Assembly: GCA_043721855.1 (NCBI GenBank)
Contig: JAYSPY010000002.1
Coordinates: forward strand, 8,434-72,433
Direction: 5' to 3'
DNA from: Pseudorhodobacter sp.
Lineage (GTDB): Bacteria > Pseudomonadota > Alphaproteobacteria > Rhodobacterales > Rhodobacteraceae
Length of the DNA: 64,000 bases
In this document: positions 27,338-37,705 of the stretch, piece by piece
How positions within the stretch are numbered: the stretch's first letter is position 1
How the letters are laid out: each line of letters begins with the position of its first letter
Notes under the pieces: model-generated
Seen by the model: the letters and a program-made list of their open reading frames with translations, nothing else
What the model was told of the DNA's origin: nothing
Database searches by the model: none
Position numbers and translations under genes: made by a program

Positions 27338-27398
27338 ATCTCCATTTTCGCGCATTTCGCCCGAAAACCGGTCCCCACTTTTCGGAATGCGCTTGCCA

Positions 27399-27421
27399 GC
27401 TTCTCTTTCGCGCAAATACTC
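27399..27421 (+). repeat. Dispersed 23-nt intergenic motif, copy A
   Basis: GCTTCTCTTTCGCGCAAATACTC. Compare 49924-49946 and 63714-63736. Confidence 0.6.
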
Positions 27422-27545
27422 CCCGCGCGGGCAGCGCAGCCTGAGCCTGTGCTGCGCAGTCAGCGCAGGCGAGGCAAAACAACGGCGCGCACGCGCCTCC
27501 GCTTAACTCCTTGCGAAAGCCCCAACCATCCACCAAACCACCGCC

Positions 27546-28199
27546 ATGACCAGCTACCTCTTCACCCTCAACGCCGCCGCCCTGATCGCCTTGCCCTCCG
27601 GCGCGCTGCACTGGCCTGACCAATCCTTGCTCGTCGTCTCCGACCTGCATTTCGGCAAAGCCGAACGGCTGGCCCGGCGCGGTGGCACACTTCTGCCGCC
27701 GTTTGACACCACCGAAACCCTGTCCCGCCTCGACCGTGACATCACCCAAACCAACCCGGCATCAGTGATCTGCTTGGGCGACAGTTTTGATGATATCGAC
27801 GCCGTGCAGGGTCTCGCTGACACAGATCGCCTCTGGCTTGCAAAACTGATGGCGGGCCGCAACTGGACATGGGTTTTGGGCAACCACGATCCCGGCCCGA
27901 TCAATCTTGGCGGCAGCCACAAAGCCGAACTAACCCTCGGCCCCCTGACCTTCCGCCACATCGCCGACGCCACTAAAACCGCTGAAGTCTCCGGCCATTA
28001 CCACCCCAAAGCCCGCATCGCCGGCCAATCGCGCGCCTGCTTTCTGCTCGACGAGCTGCGCCTGATCATGCCGGCTTATGGTGCCTATACGGGTGGTCTG
28101 TGGTCAGATCACGCGGAGCTCACAAGCCTGATGCAGTCAAACGCCATCGCCATCCTGACAGGCCCGCGCGCCATCCCCATGCCTATGCCGCGCGCCTGA
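27546..28199 (+). CDS. pdeM: Ligase-associated DNA-damage-response metallophosphoesterase PdeM
   Basis: LLVVSDLHFGK, ICLGDSFDD, VLGNHD, GHYHP calcineurin-like motifs. Small size and position after lhr. Confidence 0.8.
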   Translation: MTSYLFTLNAAALIALPSGALHWPDQSLLVVSDLHFGKAERLARRGGTLLPPFDTTETLSRLDRDITQTNPASVICLGDSFDDIDAVQGLADTDRLWLAKLMAGRNWTWVLGNHDPGPINLGGSHKAELTLGPLTFRHIADATKTAEVSGHYHPKARIAGQSRACFLLDELRLIMPAYGAYTGGLWSDHAELTSLMQSNAIAILTGPRAIPMPMPRA

Positions 28200-28242
28200 A
28201 AATGAAAAAAATGGCCAAATAGACCATCCAATCAAAATCCTC

Positions 28243-28284
28243 GTAAGATGGGCGGTTCCGCGCAAAGCGCGGGTTCGCCCATCC
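28243..28284 (+). repeat. REP-like element, long form (GTAA head)
   Basis: GTAAGATGGGCGGTTCCGCGC-AAA-GCGCGGGTTCGCCCATCC. Inner stem differs from the 19393 copy by two compensatory pairs. Lies 9 nt after the folD stop. Confidence 0.8.
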
Positions 28285-28292
28285 CCCCGGAA

Positions 28293-29183
28293 TTAAACCG
28301 TCAGCCCCTCAGGCTCCGGCAAACCATTGGCCCGGCAACACGCCGTCAGCGTATTGGCCAGCAAACAGGCAATCGTCATCGGCCCCACCCCGCCCGGCAC
28401 CGGCGTAATCGCCCCCGCCACCGCAGCAGCCGACGCATACTCCACATCGCCGACCAGCTTGGTTTTTCCGTCCCGCTCGATCCGGTTGATGCCCACATCA
28501 ATCACCGTGGCCCCCGGTTTCACATAATCGCCGGTTATCATCTCAGCCCGGCCAACCGCCGCCACCAGAATATCCGCCCCGCGACAAACAGCCGCCAGAT
28601 CACGCGTGCGCGAATGCGCAATCGTCACGGTGCAGCTGTCGCCCAACAGCAACTGCGCCATCGGTTTGCCGACGATGTTGCTGCGCCCCACCACAACCGC
28701 ATTCATCCCCGACAGACTGCCGTGATAATCCCGCAACATCATCAAGCAACCCAGCGGCGTGCAAGGCACCATCGACTTTTGCCCCGTGCCCAACAGCCCG
28801 ACATTGCTGATATGAAACCCGTCCACATCCTTTGCCGGATCAATCGAATTGATGATCAGTTCCGAATTCAGATGCCCCGGCAGCGGCAATTGCACCAAAA
28901 TTCCATGCACCGCCGGATCAGCATTCAGCCGCGCGATGATCGCCAGCAAATCCGCCTCAGATGTGTCCATCGCCAACTTATGCTCGAAACTGGCCATGCC
29001 AACTTCAACGGTCTGGGTGCCCTTCGCCTTTACATAAACCTGTGACGCCGGGTCTTCCCCCACCAGCACCACAGCCAAGCCCGGCTTGAGGCCGCGTTCC
29101 TCTGCCAACCGCCCGACATGCGCCTGTACCTGTGCCCGCACCCGCGCCGCAAACGCCTTACCGTCAATCACCGTGGCCGTCAT
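28293..29183 (-). CDS. folD: Bifunctional methylenetetrahydrofolate dehydrogenase / methenyl-THF cyclohydrolase
   Basis: Full-length FolD: [46 protein letters not shown]. Confidence 0.95.
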   Translation of the reverse strand: MTATVIDGKAFAARVRAQVQAHVGRLAEERGLKPGLAVVLVGEDPASQVYVKAKGTQTVEVGMASFEHKLAMDTSEADLLAIIARLNADPAVHGILVQLPLPGHLNSELIINSIDPAKDVDGFHISNVGLLGTGQKSMVPCTPLGCLMMLRDYHGSLSGMNAVVVGRSNIVGKPMAQLLLGDSCTVTIAHSRTRDLAAVCRGADILVAAVGRAEMITGDYVKPGATVIDVGINRIERDGKTKLVGDVEYASAAAVAGAITPVPGGVGPMTIACLLANTLTACCRANGLPEPEGLTV

Positions 29184-29185
29184 GT

Positions 29186-29482
29186 TCAGTCCTTACCTAG
29201 TCTGTCTTCTTCGCGCTCAATCGACCAGTCAATCAGCTTGCGCCACAGCTTTTCCAATTTGTCCGGCGGCAAACCATGTGCCACTGCATGACCGCGCACC
29301 TTGCCAATCACTTCCTCCACACGCGACCCAATCCGTGCAGGCAGCCCCACTTCGGATTTGATCTCTGCCGCCCGGTCGATGTAATTCACGCGCTGCGCAA
29401 ACAGTGCCACCAATTCCGCATCCAGACGGTCAATCTCAGCGCGCAAATCAGCCATCGTGGTGCAGTCAGCAGGGGGTTTCAT
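29186..29482 (-). CDS. AroQ-type chorismate mutase-like protein
   Basis: [33 protein letters not shown]...SRVEEV...IDWSIERE aligns by eye to the EcCM catalytic positions (R11, R28, K39, R51/E52, S84), with E at the Q88 position. 2-nt gap to folD. Confidence 0.7.
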   Translation of the reverse strand: MKPPADCTTMADLRAEIDRLDAELVALFAQRVNYIDRAAEIKSEVGLPARIGSRVEEVIGKVRGHAVAHGLPPDKLEKLWRKLIDWSIEREEDRLGKD

Positions 29483-29552
29483 CAGCGAACCTCGTTCTCA
29501 GGATGCCGCCGTCATACGACGACGGCCCCTTCTAGGCAACGCGGCAAAGTGC

Positions 29553-31226
29553 TTAGAACAACCCCTCAACATTGCCGTCAGCATTCAACCGGATCACTTC
29601 GGCTGATGGCACACGCGGCAGGCCCGGCATCGTCATGATCTCTCCGCAGATTGCCACGATGAACCCCGCCCCGGCAGAAAGCCGCACTTCGCGCACCGGC
29701 ACCGAATGGCCCGTTGGGGCACCGCGCACCGTGGGATCGGTGGTAAAGGAATACTGCGTTTTCGCGATGCAGATCGGCAGATGGCCGTAGCCTGCCGCCT
29801 CCCATGTTTTCAACTGATCGCGGATCGACTTGTCGGCAATCACATCATCCGCATGGTAAATCCGCTTGGCAATGGTTTCGATCTTCTGGAACAGCGGCAT
29901 CGCATCGGGGTATAGCGGTGCAAAGTTGGATGGCGCTTCTGCCATCGCCACAACCTTATGTGCCAACTCTTCGATCCCGGCTGATCCCAAAGCCCAATGC
30001 TTGCACAAAATCGCCTCGGCCCCTTGTTCGGCGACGTAAGCCTTCACAGCGGCAATTTCGGCATCGGTATCGCTGAAGAAATGGTTGATCGCCACAACCA
30101 CCGGCACGCCAAAACTTTTGACATTGCCGATATGCCGCCCCAAATTCGGGCAGCCCTTCTTCACGGCCTCGACATTCTCTGCACCCAGATCAGCCTTCGC
30201 CACGCCGCCGTTCATCTTCATTGCGCGCACAGTCGCCACGATGACTGCTGCAGATGGCTTCAACCCCGCCTTGCGGCACTTGATGTCAAAGAACTTCTCC
30301 GCACCCAGATCGGCCCCAAAACCCGCTTCCGTCACCACATATTCGCCCAGCTTCAGTGCGGTCTTGGTGGCGATCACAGAATTGCACCCGTGGGCGATAT
30401 TCGCAAACGGTCCACCATGCACAAACGCCGGGTTGTTTTCCAGCGTTTGGACGATATTCGGCTGCATCGCGTCTTTCAACAGCACCGTCATCGCGCCATC
30501 AGCCTTGATATCGCGGCAATAGATCGCCTTCTTTTCCCGCGTGTAGGCCACAACAATATCGCCAAGCCGCTTTTGCAGGTCTTCCAGATCGTTCGACAGG
30601 CACAAAATCGCCATTACTTCCGACGCCACCGTAATGTCAAACCCGGTCTGGCGCGGGAAACCGTTGGCCACACCGCCCAGGTTGACCACAATATCGCGCA
30701 GCGCGCGGTCGTTCATATCCATCACCCGGCGCCAGACGATCCGGCGCTCGTCAATCGCCAGCTCATTGCCCCAGTAAATGTGGTTATCAATCATCGCCGA
30801 CAAAAGGTTATGCGCCGATGTGATTGCATGAAAATCGCCGGTGAAATGCAGGTTCATTTCTTCCATCGGCACCACTTGCGCGTAACCACCCCCGGCAGCA
30901 CCGCCCTTCATGCCAAAGTTCGGGCCAAGTGACGCTTCGCGAATACACACCACGGCCTTTTTGCCGATGCGGTTCAACCCGTCACCCAGACCCACCGTCG
31001 TGGTCGTCTTGCCTTCGCCCGCAGGTGTCGGGTTGATGGCGGTGACCAAAATCAGCTTGCCGTCCGGCCGCCCGGACAGCGATTTGATAAATTCCTGACC
31101 AACCTTTGCCTTGTCATGGCCGTAAGGCAGCAAATGCTCTGCCGGAATGCCAAGTTTCGCGCCAATCTCCAGAATGGGGCGCTTTTTGGCTTCGCGTGCA
31201 ATTTCGATGTCGGTCTTAAACGCCAT
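29553..31226 (-). CDS. fhs: Formate--tetrahydrofolate ligase
   Basis: [22 protein letters not shown] and full-length FTHFS similarity. Confidence 0.95.
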   Translation of the reverse strand: MAFKTDIEIAREAKKRPILEIGAKLGIPAEHLLPYGHDKAKVGQEFIKSLSGRPDGKLILVTAINPTPAGEGKTTTTVGLGDGLNRIGKKAVVCIREASLGPNFGMKGGAAGGGYAQVVPMEEMNLHFTGDFHAITSAHNLLSAMIDNHIYWGNELAIDERRIVWRRVMDMNDRALRDIVVNLGGVANGFPRQTGFDITVASEVMAILCLSNDLEDLQKRLGDIVVAYTREKKAIYCRDIKADGAMTVLLKDAMQPNIVQTLENNPAFVHGGPFANIAHGCNSVIATKTALKLGEYVVTEAGFGADLGAEKFFDIKCRKAGLKPSAAVIVATVRAMKMNGGVAKADLGAENVEAVKKGCPNLGRHIGNVKSFGVPVVVAINHFFSDTDAEIAAVKAYVAEQGAEAILCKHWALGSAGIEELAHKVVAMAEAPSNFAPLYPDAMPLFQKIETIAKRIYHADDVIADKSIRDQLKTWEAAGYGHLPICIAKTQYSFTTDPTVRGAPTGHSVPVREVRLSAGAGFIVAICGEIMTMPGLPRVPSAEVIRLNADGNVEGLF

Positions 31227-31381
31227 AAATAAATCTCCCTGAGGTTTGGCCAGATCACCCCGTTGCCGTTGGTGTACAGGGCCTGTTTGCGACGAGGGGT
31301 AGCGTTTCCGACCAACCTCGCGTCAAATTCGCCGCACCCTCGTTTGGGCACAATAAGCTGGTCGCAAGGCCGTGTAAGGCC

Positions 31382-31978
31382 TTAGCCCCTGGCGTCCGCC
31401 AAATAATCCCAAGCCCGCTGATCCGGCACATGCAACCGCATCTTTGACCCCAGGCGCAAAATGCCTTCCCGCTCCACCCACGCAGTCACGCCGCGCAGGT
31501 TCGCCGCCGCTGGCTTAAACGCACGCCCAAATCCCGGATGCACCACCTCGATTTCCTTTGCAGGCAGCGTGCAGGGCCGGTTTTCCATATCCACCACCAA
31601 GGTCGCCCCGCTGTCGAATTGCAATCGCGACGAGGGCGGCAGATGCGTGAAATCCGGGATCCCCGAAATCACCAAACTCGCCCCCAGCAAACTTGGCTCC
31701 AGCACCGCCAGCCCCATCCCTTGCGCAATCAACGCCAGTTCTTCGGCAGACAGAACCGAAAACTGCCGCACATTCCTGATCTCGGTCCCGCGCTTGTATT
31801 GCCCTAAAACCCGGCTGCACGATGCCCGCGTCAAGCCGCCATGCACCTCGCCCGCAACGCCCGCGAAGGTGGCAAACACCTCTGCCTCAGGCTGCGACGG
31901 CAATACCCCAAGCGCCGTTTGCACCACCCCAAGCCAGGTGATCACGCCTTCAAATTTGGTCAGTATCAACGCGGGCAT
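31382..31978 (-). CDS. MOSC-domain-like protein
   Basis: Beta-barrel-type pattern SLVISGIPDFTHLPPSSRLQFDSGATLVVDMENRPCTLP with the conserved Cys context. Family call from pattern only. Confidence 0.5.
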   Translation of the reverse strand: MPALILTKFEGVITWLGVVQTALGVLPSQPEAEVFATFAGVAGEVHGGLTRASCSRVLGQYKRGTEIRNVRQFSVLSAEELALIAQGMGLAVLEPSLLGASLVISGIPDFTHLPPSSRLQFDSGATLVVDMENRPCTLPAKEIEVVHPGFGRAFKPAAANLRGVTAWVEREGILRLGSKMRLHVPDQRAWDYLADARG

Positions 31979-31984
31979 TACGGC

Positions 31985-32962
31985 TTACATCCAGCCTTTG
32001 CGCTTGAAATACAAATACGGCAAAATTGCCGACAGCACCATCGCCCCTACTGCTGCCGGATAGCCCCAGTGCCAATCCAATTCCGGCATGAACGTGAAAT
32101 TCATCCCGTAAATCGATGCAATCAAGGTGGGCGGCAAAAACACAAACGCCACAACCGAAAACACTTTGATGATATCCGATTGCTGAATGCTGATCATCCC
32201 CAGAGTCGCATCCAGCAAAAACACCAGCTTTTGCTTTTGCGTGCCCGTATAATCTTGCAAAGACGCAATATCGCGCAGCAGCGTCTTCAGCCGTGCCTTA
32301 TCGTGTGCCCCCGCTTTGGTCACCGCCTTCGGCACCGCCCGCACCGTCAGAAACCCGGCCAGACGCTGGATTGCCACCAGCGATTCCCCCGCCATTCCGT
32401 TAATCTCTTCCGACGCCCCGATGCGCAACAAAACATTGCTCAGCCGCGTCCCGGTATTGCTGCTGCGCTTGGGCACAAACACCGCCTTTGAGATGTCGGT
32501 CTGCACCCGGCTTTGCGCTTCCAGAATATCCGCCAAACGGTCAACCACAGTCTCCAATAACCCGATCAGCACCGCATGCCCCGTGGCACAGCCCTGCACC
32601 TGCCGCGCCGCCGTTTCGACAAACCGCACAAAGGAATGCGGCTCGTGGTAGCGCACTGTCACCAACCGGTTGCCCGCCAGCACAAAACTGACCGGAGCCG
32701 ACACGGTTTTCTCTTCCAGCGATGTCGCCAACACCGGAGCGGTCAAAAACAGCACCCCGGCTTCGTCGTATGTGCGCGATGACATTTCGATTTCCTGCAT
32801 GTCATCGCGGGTGGGAATGTTTAACCCCAACAACCGCTCGACCAGCGCTTCCTCTTCCGCGCTTGGCGAAATCAAATCAATCCAGATAACCTTTTCAAAT
32901 TCGGCTTCCGGTTCAAGGCAGCGCGCAAGGTGCCCGCCCTCATTGCAATAATATCGGATCAT
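31985..32962 (-). CDS. corA: CorA-family Mg2+/Co2+ transporter
   Basis: C-terminal YGMNF motif followed by the last TM (WGYPAAVGAMVLSAILPYLYF). Confidence 0.9.
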   Translation of the reverse strand: MIRYYCNEGGHLARCLEPEAEFEKVIWIDLISPSAEEEALVERLLGLNIPTRDDMQEIEMSSRTYDEAGVLFLTAPVLATSLEEKTVSAPVSFVLAGNRLVTVRYHEPHSFVRFVETAARQVQGCATGHAVLIGLLETVVDRLADILEAQSRVQTDISKAVFVPKRSSNTGTRLSNVLLRIGASEEINGMAGESLVAIQRLAGFLTVRAVPKAVTKAGAHDKARLKTLLRDIASLQDYTGTQKQKLVFLLDATLGMISIQQSDIIKVFSVVAFVFLPPTLIASIYGMNFTFMPELDWHWGYPAAVGAMVLSAILPYLYFKRKGWM

Positions 32963-33057
32963 GCCACCACCCAGCTGTCAGGCAACAAAAAAAGGCCTGC
33001 CCTGCCGCTTTGTCACGAAGACAACACGGCAAAGCAAGCCCATTTAACACAAACACC

Positions 33058-34968
33058 TTAGACGGACGGCTTCGGTTCCAGATCAGCCTTGCGCGCCCTT
33101 GGCTTTGTTTTCGGCAGGGCCGTCACTGATGGCGCAGGTCCACCCGAGGATGGCTTGTCGGCATCATCGCCACTGTCCAAAGCCTCACCCGCGATCACCT
33201 TGCGAATTTGGTCGCCGGTCAGCGTCTCATATTCCAGCAGCCCCTTGGCCAACCGCTCAAAGTCGTCGTTCTTGTCCAACAACACACGGCGCGCGGTCTC
33301 GTAGCCTTCGTCGATCAGCGCCTTTACCTCGGCCTCGATCAGTGTCTTTGTTTCGGCAGACACCGAAAACCCGGCCGTATTGCCCTGATAGCCTTCATGC
33401 GCCTCGGAATAGTCGATATTGCCGACGGCATCCGACATGCCCCAACGCATCACCATCGCCCGGGCCAGGGCAGAGGCTTGCTGAATATCGCCTGCAGGGC
33501 CGGAAGATACCGATTCCGCGCCATACTTGATGATCTCGGCCGCTTTGCCGGCCATGGTCATCGCCAGCTTCTGCTTGCCCTCATCCTTGAAGAACTGGAT
33601 GCGGTCCGTTTCCGGCAGACTGACCACCATCCCCAAGGCAACACCGCGCGGAATGATCGTGGCCTTATAAACCGGGTCGCATTTCGGCATGTTCATGCCC
33701 ACAATGGCATGCCCAGCCTCGTGATAGGCGGTCTTTTCCTTTTGATCGGCGGTCAGCACCATAGACCGACGCTCCGCGCCCATCATTACCTTGTCCTTGG
33801 CCCGTTCGAAATCGTCCATCGTCACAAAGCGGCGGCCAACGCGGGCGGCAAGCAACGCGGCCTCGTTCACCAGGTTCATCAGGTCCGCACCCGAAAAGCC
33901 TGGGCTGCCGCGCGCAATCACCCGCAAATCCACATCCGGGCCAAGCGGCGTTTTGCGCGCATGCACGGTCAAAATCTTCTCGCGGCCCTTGATATCGGGG
34001 TTTGGCACATGAATGGTGCGGTCAAAACGGCCGGGGCGCAGCAAGGCCGGGTCAAGCACATCCTTGCGGTTTGTCGCCGCCACGATGATCACGCCCTCAT
34101 TCGCCTCAAACCCGTCCATTTCAACCAGCAACTGGTTCAAGGTCTGTTCACGCTCGTCATTGCCGCCGCCCATGCCAACGCCACGGGCACGACCCACGGC
34201 ATCAATTTCATCGATGAACACAATGCAGGGCGCGTTCTTTTTCGCCTGCTCGAACATGTCGCGCACGCGGCTTGCGCCGACGCCCACGAACATTTCCACA
34301 AAGTCAGACCCCGAGATGCTGAAGAACGGCACCCCCGCTTCGCCCGCAATCGCGCGCGCCAGCAACGTCTTACCAGTTCCGGGCGGGCCAACCAGCAACG
34401 CACCCTTCGGAATCCTACCGCCCAAGCGGCTGAACTTCTGCGGATTGCGCAGGAATTCTACAATTTCTTCCAGCTCTTCCTTGGCCTCATCAATGCCGGC
34501 CACGTCGTCAAACGTCACCCGGCCTTGCTTTTCGGTCAGCAGCTTGGCGCGCGATTTGCCAAAGCCCATCGCACCGCCACGCCCGCCGCCCTGCATCCGG
34601 TTCATGAAGAAAATCCAGATGCCGATCAGCACAAGAAATGGCAACCATAGGGAAATCAGCGAAAATATCCCGGATTGTTCTTGCGACTTCACAGCGACGC
34701 CAACGCCTTTTGCAATCAGATTGGCCGCTACTTCTTCGCCCTCAGGCTTGATCGCCACATAGGTATTGCCATCGTTGCCCTTGATGACAACCCGCTCACC
34801 GTCCAGCACAACGGATGACACTTCGCCATCGTTTACCTTGGTAATAAATTCCGAATAGGACAAATCACGCCCTGACGTGGTCGCCTGACTTCCATTGAAC
34901 ATCTGGAACAAGGCAAAGACCAGCAACAGCAGGACGGCCCAGAATGCGATATTTCGCGCGTTACCCAC
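33058..34968 (-). CDS. ftsH: ATP-dependent zinc metalloprotease FtsH
   Basis: [13 protein letters not shown] Walker A, second region of homology, HEAGHA zinc site. GTG start at 34968 (GNARNIAFW) is preceded by GAGGAGA; ORF track starts at 34995. Confidence 0.95.
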   Translation of the reverse strand: MGNARNIAFWAVLLLLVFALFQMFNGSQATTSGRDLSYSEFITKVNDGEVSSVVLDGERVVIKGNDGNTYVAIKPEGEEVAANLIAKGVGVAVKSQEQSGIFSLISLWLPFLVLIGIWIFFMNRMQGGGRGGAMGFGKSRAKLLTEKQGRVTFDDVAGIDEAKEELEEIVEFLRNPQKFSRLGGRIPKGALLVGPPGTGKTLLARAIAGEAGVPFFSISGSDFVEMFVGVGASRVRDMFEQAKKNAPCIVFIDEIDAVGRARGVGMGGGNDEREQTLNQLLVEMDGFEANEGVIIVAATNRKDVLDPALLRPGRFDRTIHVPNPDIKGREKILTVHARKTPLGPDVDLRVIARGSPGFSGADLMNLVNEAALLAARVGRRFVTMDDFERAKDKVMMGAERRSMVLTADQKEKTAYHEAGHAIVGMNMPKCDPVYKATIIPRGVALGMVVSLPETDRIQFFKDEGKQKLAMTMAGKAAEIIKYGAESVSSGPAGDIQQASALARAMVMRWGMSDAVGNIDYSEAHEGYQGNTAGFSVSAETKTLIEAEVKALIDEGYETARRVLLDKNDDFERLAKGLLEYETLTGDQIRKVIAGEALDSGDDADKPSSGGPAPSVTALPKTKPRARKADLEPKPSV

Positions 34969-35042
34969 TAAAACTCTCCTCAATGCACGGCACAAAGCAG
35001 CGCCGCTCGCTTACCTACAAGATAGAGATTTGTTTGGTGCGT

Positions 35043-36290
35043 TCAATGCGATATAATGAATGAACTGAAACCAGCGTCAATTCGCGCAGTCCAGCCGTTG
35101 GAAAACCCGGCGAGCGGAGCTGCAATCAGCACACATCCGTGCCAAATCGAAGGCGATACCAACAGTGCATTCCGGCTATGCCCGGTTTCGCGCCAGTTCT
35201 TGCAAGCCCGCAAACCCTCGGCTCCCAGTGCCCGCACCTCATGATCTGGCACCTTATGACCTGGCTCTGACGGCCCCTCGACACGCCAGCGTCGATCCCA
35301 AAGCTGATCCGGCGCACACACGGTCATTGCCGCCCGGGGCTCGCGCATGATCCATATCTCTGCCTTCGAAACCCGGATCCGGCACCCCCAAAGCGTGGCA
35401 TCGCGCCCTTTGACGATAGCCGCCTGCAGCCGCAAAACCGCATCCGCCCGGGGCGCGTAATCCGCCGTTGATACCCAACGCAAGGCTGCAATCAGCAACC
35501 GCCTGCGCACATCATCTGGCAGAGCAAAAAACCCATCACGCTGAAAAATCAAAGCCCCGCCGCGTTCATGCGAAATCCCAGCCGCCGCCTCGGCCACGGC
35601 GTTCACCAGTGCCTGCCGGGCCGCCGCAAGGTTGCGCGCCACATCGCCCAATCCGTCAACGCTAATCCCCAATGGCCGCAGCGCCGCCAAGGCATTGCGG
35701 GCGCGAACCCGTTGATACAGGACATCCTCATTGGTTGGATCATCCACCCAGCCCACGCTTGCCCGCGTCAAATATCCCCGCAACTCCGCCCGCAAAACAC
35801 GCAGCAAGGGTCGCTCAAACCGCACAGGCCCTTGGTCCCACCAAGGCCGCATCCCGCAAAGCCCGTCCAACCCCGCGCCACGCGCCAGCCCCATCAATAC
35901 CGTTTCCGCCTGATCATCTGCCGTGTGGCCCAGCACCACGCGGGTAATCCCCCGTGCCTGCGCCCAGCCCGCAATCAGGCCGTACCTCGCGCGCCGCGCC
36001 GCATTGGGCAGGTTACCCGCAATAACGCCGTGATCCCAGACCACCACCGAATGCGGCACGCCAAGCCCGGCGCAAAGCCCCGCCACAAAGCGCGCCTCAT
36101 CCGCCGCTGCCACCCGCAAATCATGGTTGACTGTCACCGCCTGCACGCGCGCACCCGCCGCCGCGATCAGATGCAGCAGCGCCACAGAATCGCTGCCGCC
36201 CGAAACAGCGACGCCGACTTCCCCCATATATCCGTCAAAAGTCGCAGCAACATGGGCCAACAGACCCGCATCCTCGCTGCCTACTGGCAC
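35043..36290 (-). CDS. tilS: tRNA(Ile)-lysidine synthetase
   Basis: PP-loop VAVSGGSDSVALLHL. Start uncertain: GTG at 36290 overlaps the cpoB stop by 10 nt, and internal ATGs are possible. ORF track extends to 36374. Confidence 0.85.
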   Translation of the reverse strand: MPVGSEDAGLLAHVAATFDGYMGEVGVAVSGGSDSVALLHLIAAAGARVQAVTVNHDLRVAAADEARFVAGLCAGLGVPHSVVVWDHGVIAGNLPNAARRARYGLIAGWAQARGITRVVLGHTADDQAETVLMGLARGAGLDGLCGMRPWWDQGPVRFERPLLRVLRAELRGYLTRASVGWVDDPTNEDVLYQRVRARNALAALRPLGISVDGLGDVARNLAAARQALVNAVAEAAAGISHERGGALIFQRDGFFALPDDVRRRLLIAALRWVSTADYAPRADAVLRLQAAIVKGRDATLWGCRIRVSKAEIWIMREPRAAMTVCAPDQLWDRRWRVEGPSEPGHKVPDHEVRALGAEGLRACKNWRETGHSRNALLVSPSIWHGCVLIAAPLAGFSNGWTARIDAGFSSFIISH

Positions 36291-37096
36291 CCCAGCCCCT
36301 GCATGGCGATCTGCGCGTTGGTCGCCTCGATGCTGCCCGGAAACCGCACGCCCACTTCGGTCAGCGTCACACATGCCTCTGGTGTTTGCCCCAAAGTCCC
36401 CAGCGATTGCCCCAGCTTCAGCAAAGACTCCCCCGCCCTCGCGCCATCAGGCTTGCCCGAAAACGCCTCCAGATACGCCCGCGCCGCGTTTGAGGTTTCC
36501 CCAAGCTGCGCCAAAGCCTCGCCGCGCTGAAACTGCGCTTCCTGGCTTAGGGGGCCACCCGGATAGGACGCGGCAAAGGTCGCAAAGAGGTCCGCGGCGC
36601 CGCGAAAGTCACCGGAAGCGAGCACCCCCTTGGCCCGGTCAAAATCCGCCTGTTCACTCACCGCCAGCTCGCCGCTACCCGTCGCAGGGGCCACAGCCGC
36701 CGCGGCAGGCGCGCCTGCATCACCTCCCAAAGGTGCTGTGGTGCCAAGGCTGCCCACATCGCAGCCGGTCGTCAATTCACACACCCGAAACTCCAAGTCA
36801 CCGACGCGGTTGGTGCCATCTGTCGCCACCTTGTTCAGCCGCAATTCCACCGCTTCGGTCTTTGATGTCAGTTGCACCAAAGCCGCTTCCATCGCATCCA
36901 TGCGCTGCAAGGCATCGCCGCCAGCCGCCCCGGACCCAGCGGCCCCCGTTGTTACAAGTTCCTGCTTCAGCGCCACAAATTCGGCGTTCAGCGTGGCCAG
37001 TTCCGCCCGGATATCCGCCAGCGTTTGCGCCCGATCTTGCGCAAACGCAAATCCAGGCATCAGCCCCAGCAGCACGAAAAGAACCAAACCACGCAT
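36281..37096 (-). CDS. cpoB: Tol-Pal system protein CpoB/YbgF
   Basis: Signal peptide MRGLVLFVLLGLMPGFAFA, coiled-coil N-domain, C-terminal TPR-like region. Position after pal. Confidence 0.85.
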   Translation of the reverse strand: MRGLVLFVLLGLMPGFAFAQDRAQTLADIRAELATLNAEFVALKQELVTTGAAGSGAAGGDALQRMDAMEAALVQLTSKTEAVELRLNKVATDGTNRVGDLEFRVCELTTGCDVGSLGTTAPLGGDAGAPAAAAVAPATGSGELAVSEQADFDRAKGVLASGDFRGAADLFATFAASYPGGPLSQEAQFQRGEALAQLGETSNAARAYLEAFSGKPDGARAGESLLKLGQSLGTLGQTPEACVTLTEVGVRFPGSIEATNAQIAMQGLGCQ

Positions 37097-37101
37097 CCCG
37101 A

Positions 37102-37620
37102 TCACGCTCCTGCGCCAGCCGAAAGCACCGTCACTGCGCGGCGGTTCTTGGCATAACATGCCTCTTCAGAACACACTTCCAAAGGCCGTTCCTTGCCGTA
37201 GCTGACCGTGCGCATCCGTCCCGCAGCAACGCCTTGGCTGATCAGGAAATCCTGCACGGCAGACGCACGCCGCGCCCCAAGCGCCAGATTATATTCCCGC
37301 GTGCCTTGCTCGTCCGCATGGCCTTCCACGATGATCGCGTAATCGGCATTTGTCAAAAGCCACGTCGCCTGCTGTGCAAGCACACCGCGCGCTTCCGCCG
37401 TCAACGTGCTTTGGTCCACCGGAAACAACACGCGGTCGCCCACAGTTTGCTGGAAATACGCCACCGACCGTGGATTGCCCGCATCGCCAAGGCCAGAGCT
37501 GTCAATGCCGCCCGTACCCCCAGCGCCGCCCACGCCGCCGGCCCCGTAACGATCCGGGTTATTACAGGCCGCAAGGCCCAGCACTGCCATCAAAAGCAGA
37601 GCCTTGGGAAGATATGTCAT
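37102..37620 (-). CDS. pal: Peptidoglycan-associated lipoprotein
   Basis: Lipobox LGLAAC. OmpA-like domain VEGHADEQGTREYNLALGARRA...NRRAV. Start trimmed to MTYLPKALL (37620). Confidence 0.95.
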   Translation of the reverse strand: MTYLPKALLLMAVLGLAACNNPDRYGAGGVGGAGGTGGIDSSGLGDAGNPRSVAYFQQTVGDRVLFPVDQSTLTAEARGVLAQQATWLLTNADYAIIVEGHADEQGTREYNLALGARRASAVQDFLISQGVAAGRMRTVSYGKERPLEVCSEEACYAKNRRAVTVLSAGAGA

Positions 37621-37705
37621 GATGTCGTCCTTCTTGTTATGGGCTCGAATTAAAATTGTCATATCAGGTTCTGCCTGCCAAGGGAATCCGCTCAAAGCAT
37701 CCTCT

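Noticed and set aside
31227-31381. Possible ZTP (pfl) or THF riboswitch in the 155-nt leader of fhs, since C1-folate genes are classic targets.
   Set aside because: Reading the minus-strand leader, I could not find the conserved ZTP cores (the GACUGGCG-type segment and the downstream CCGCCUGGGC pseudoknot partner) or a THF-like fold, only generic GC hairpins. A covariance-model scan would be needed to settle it.
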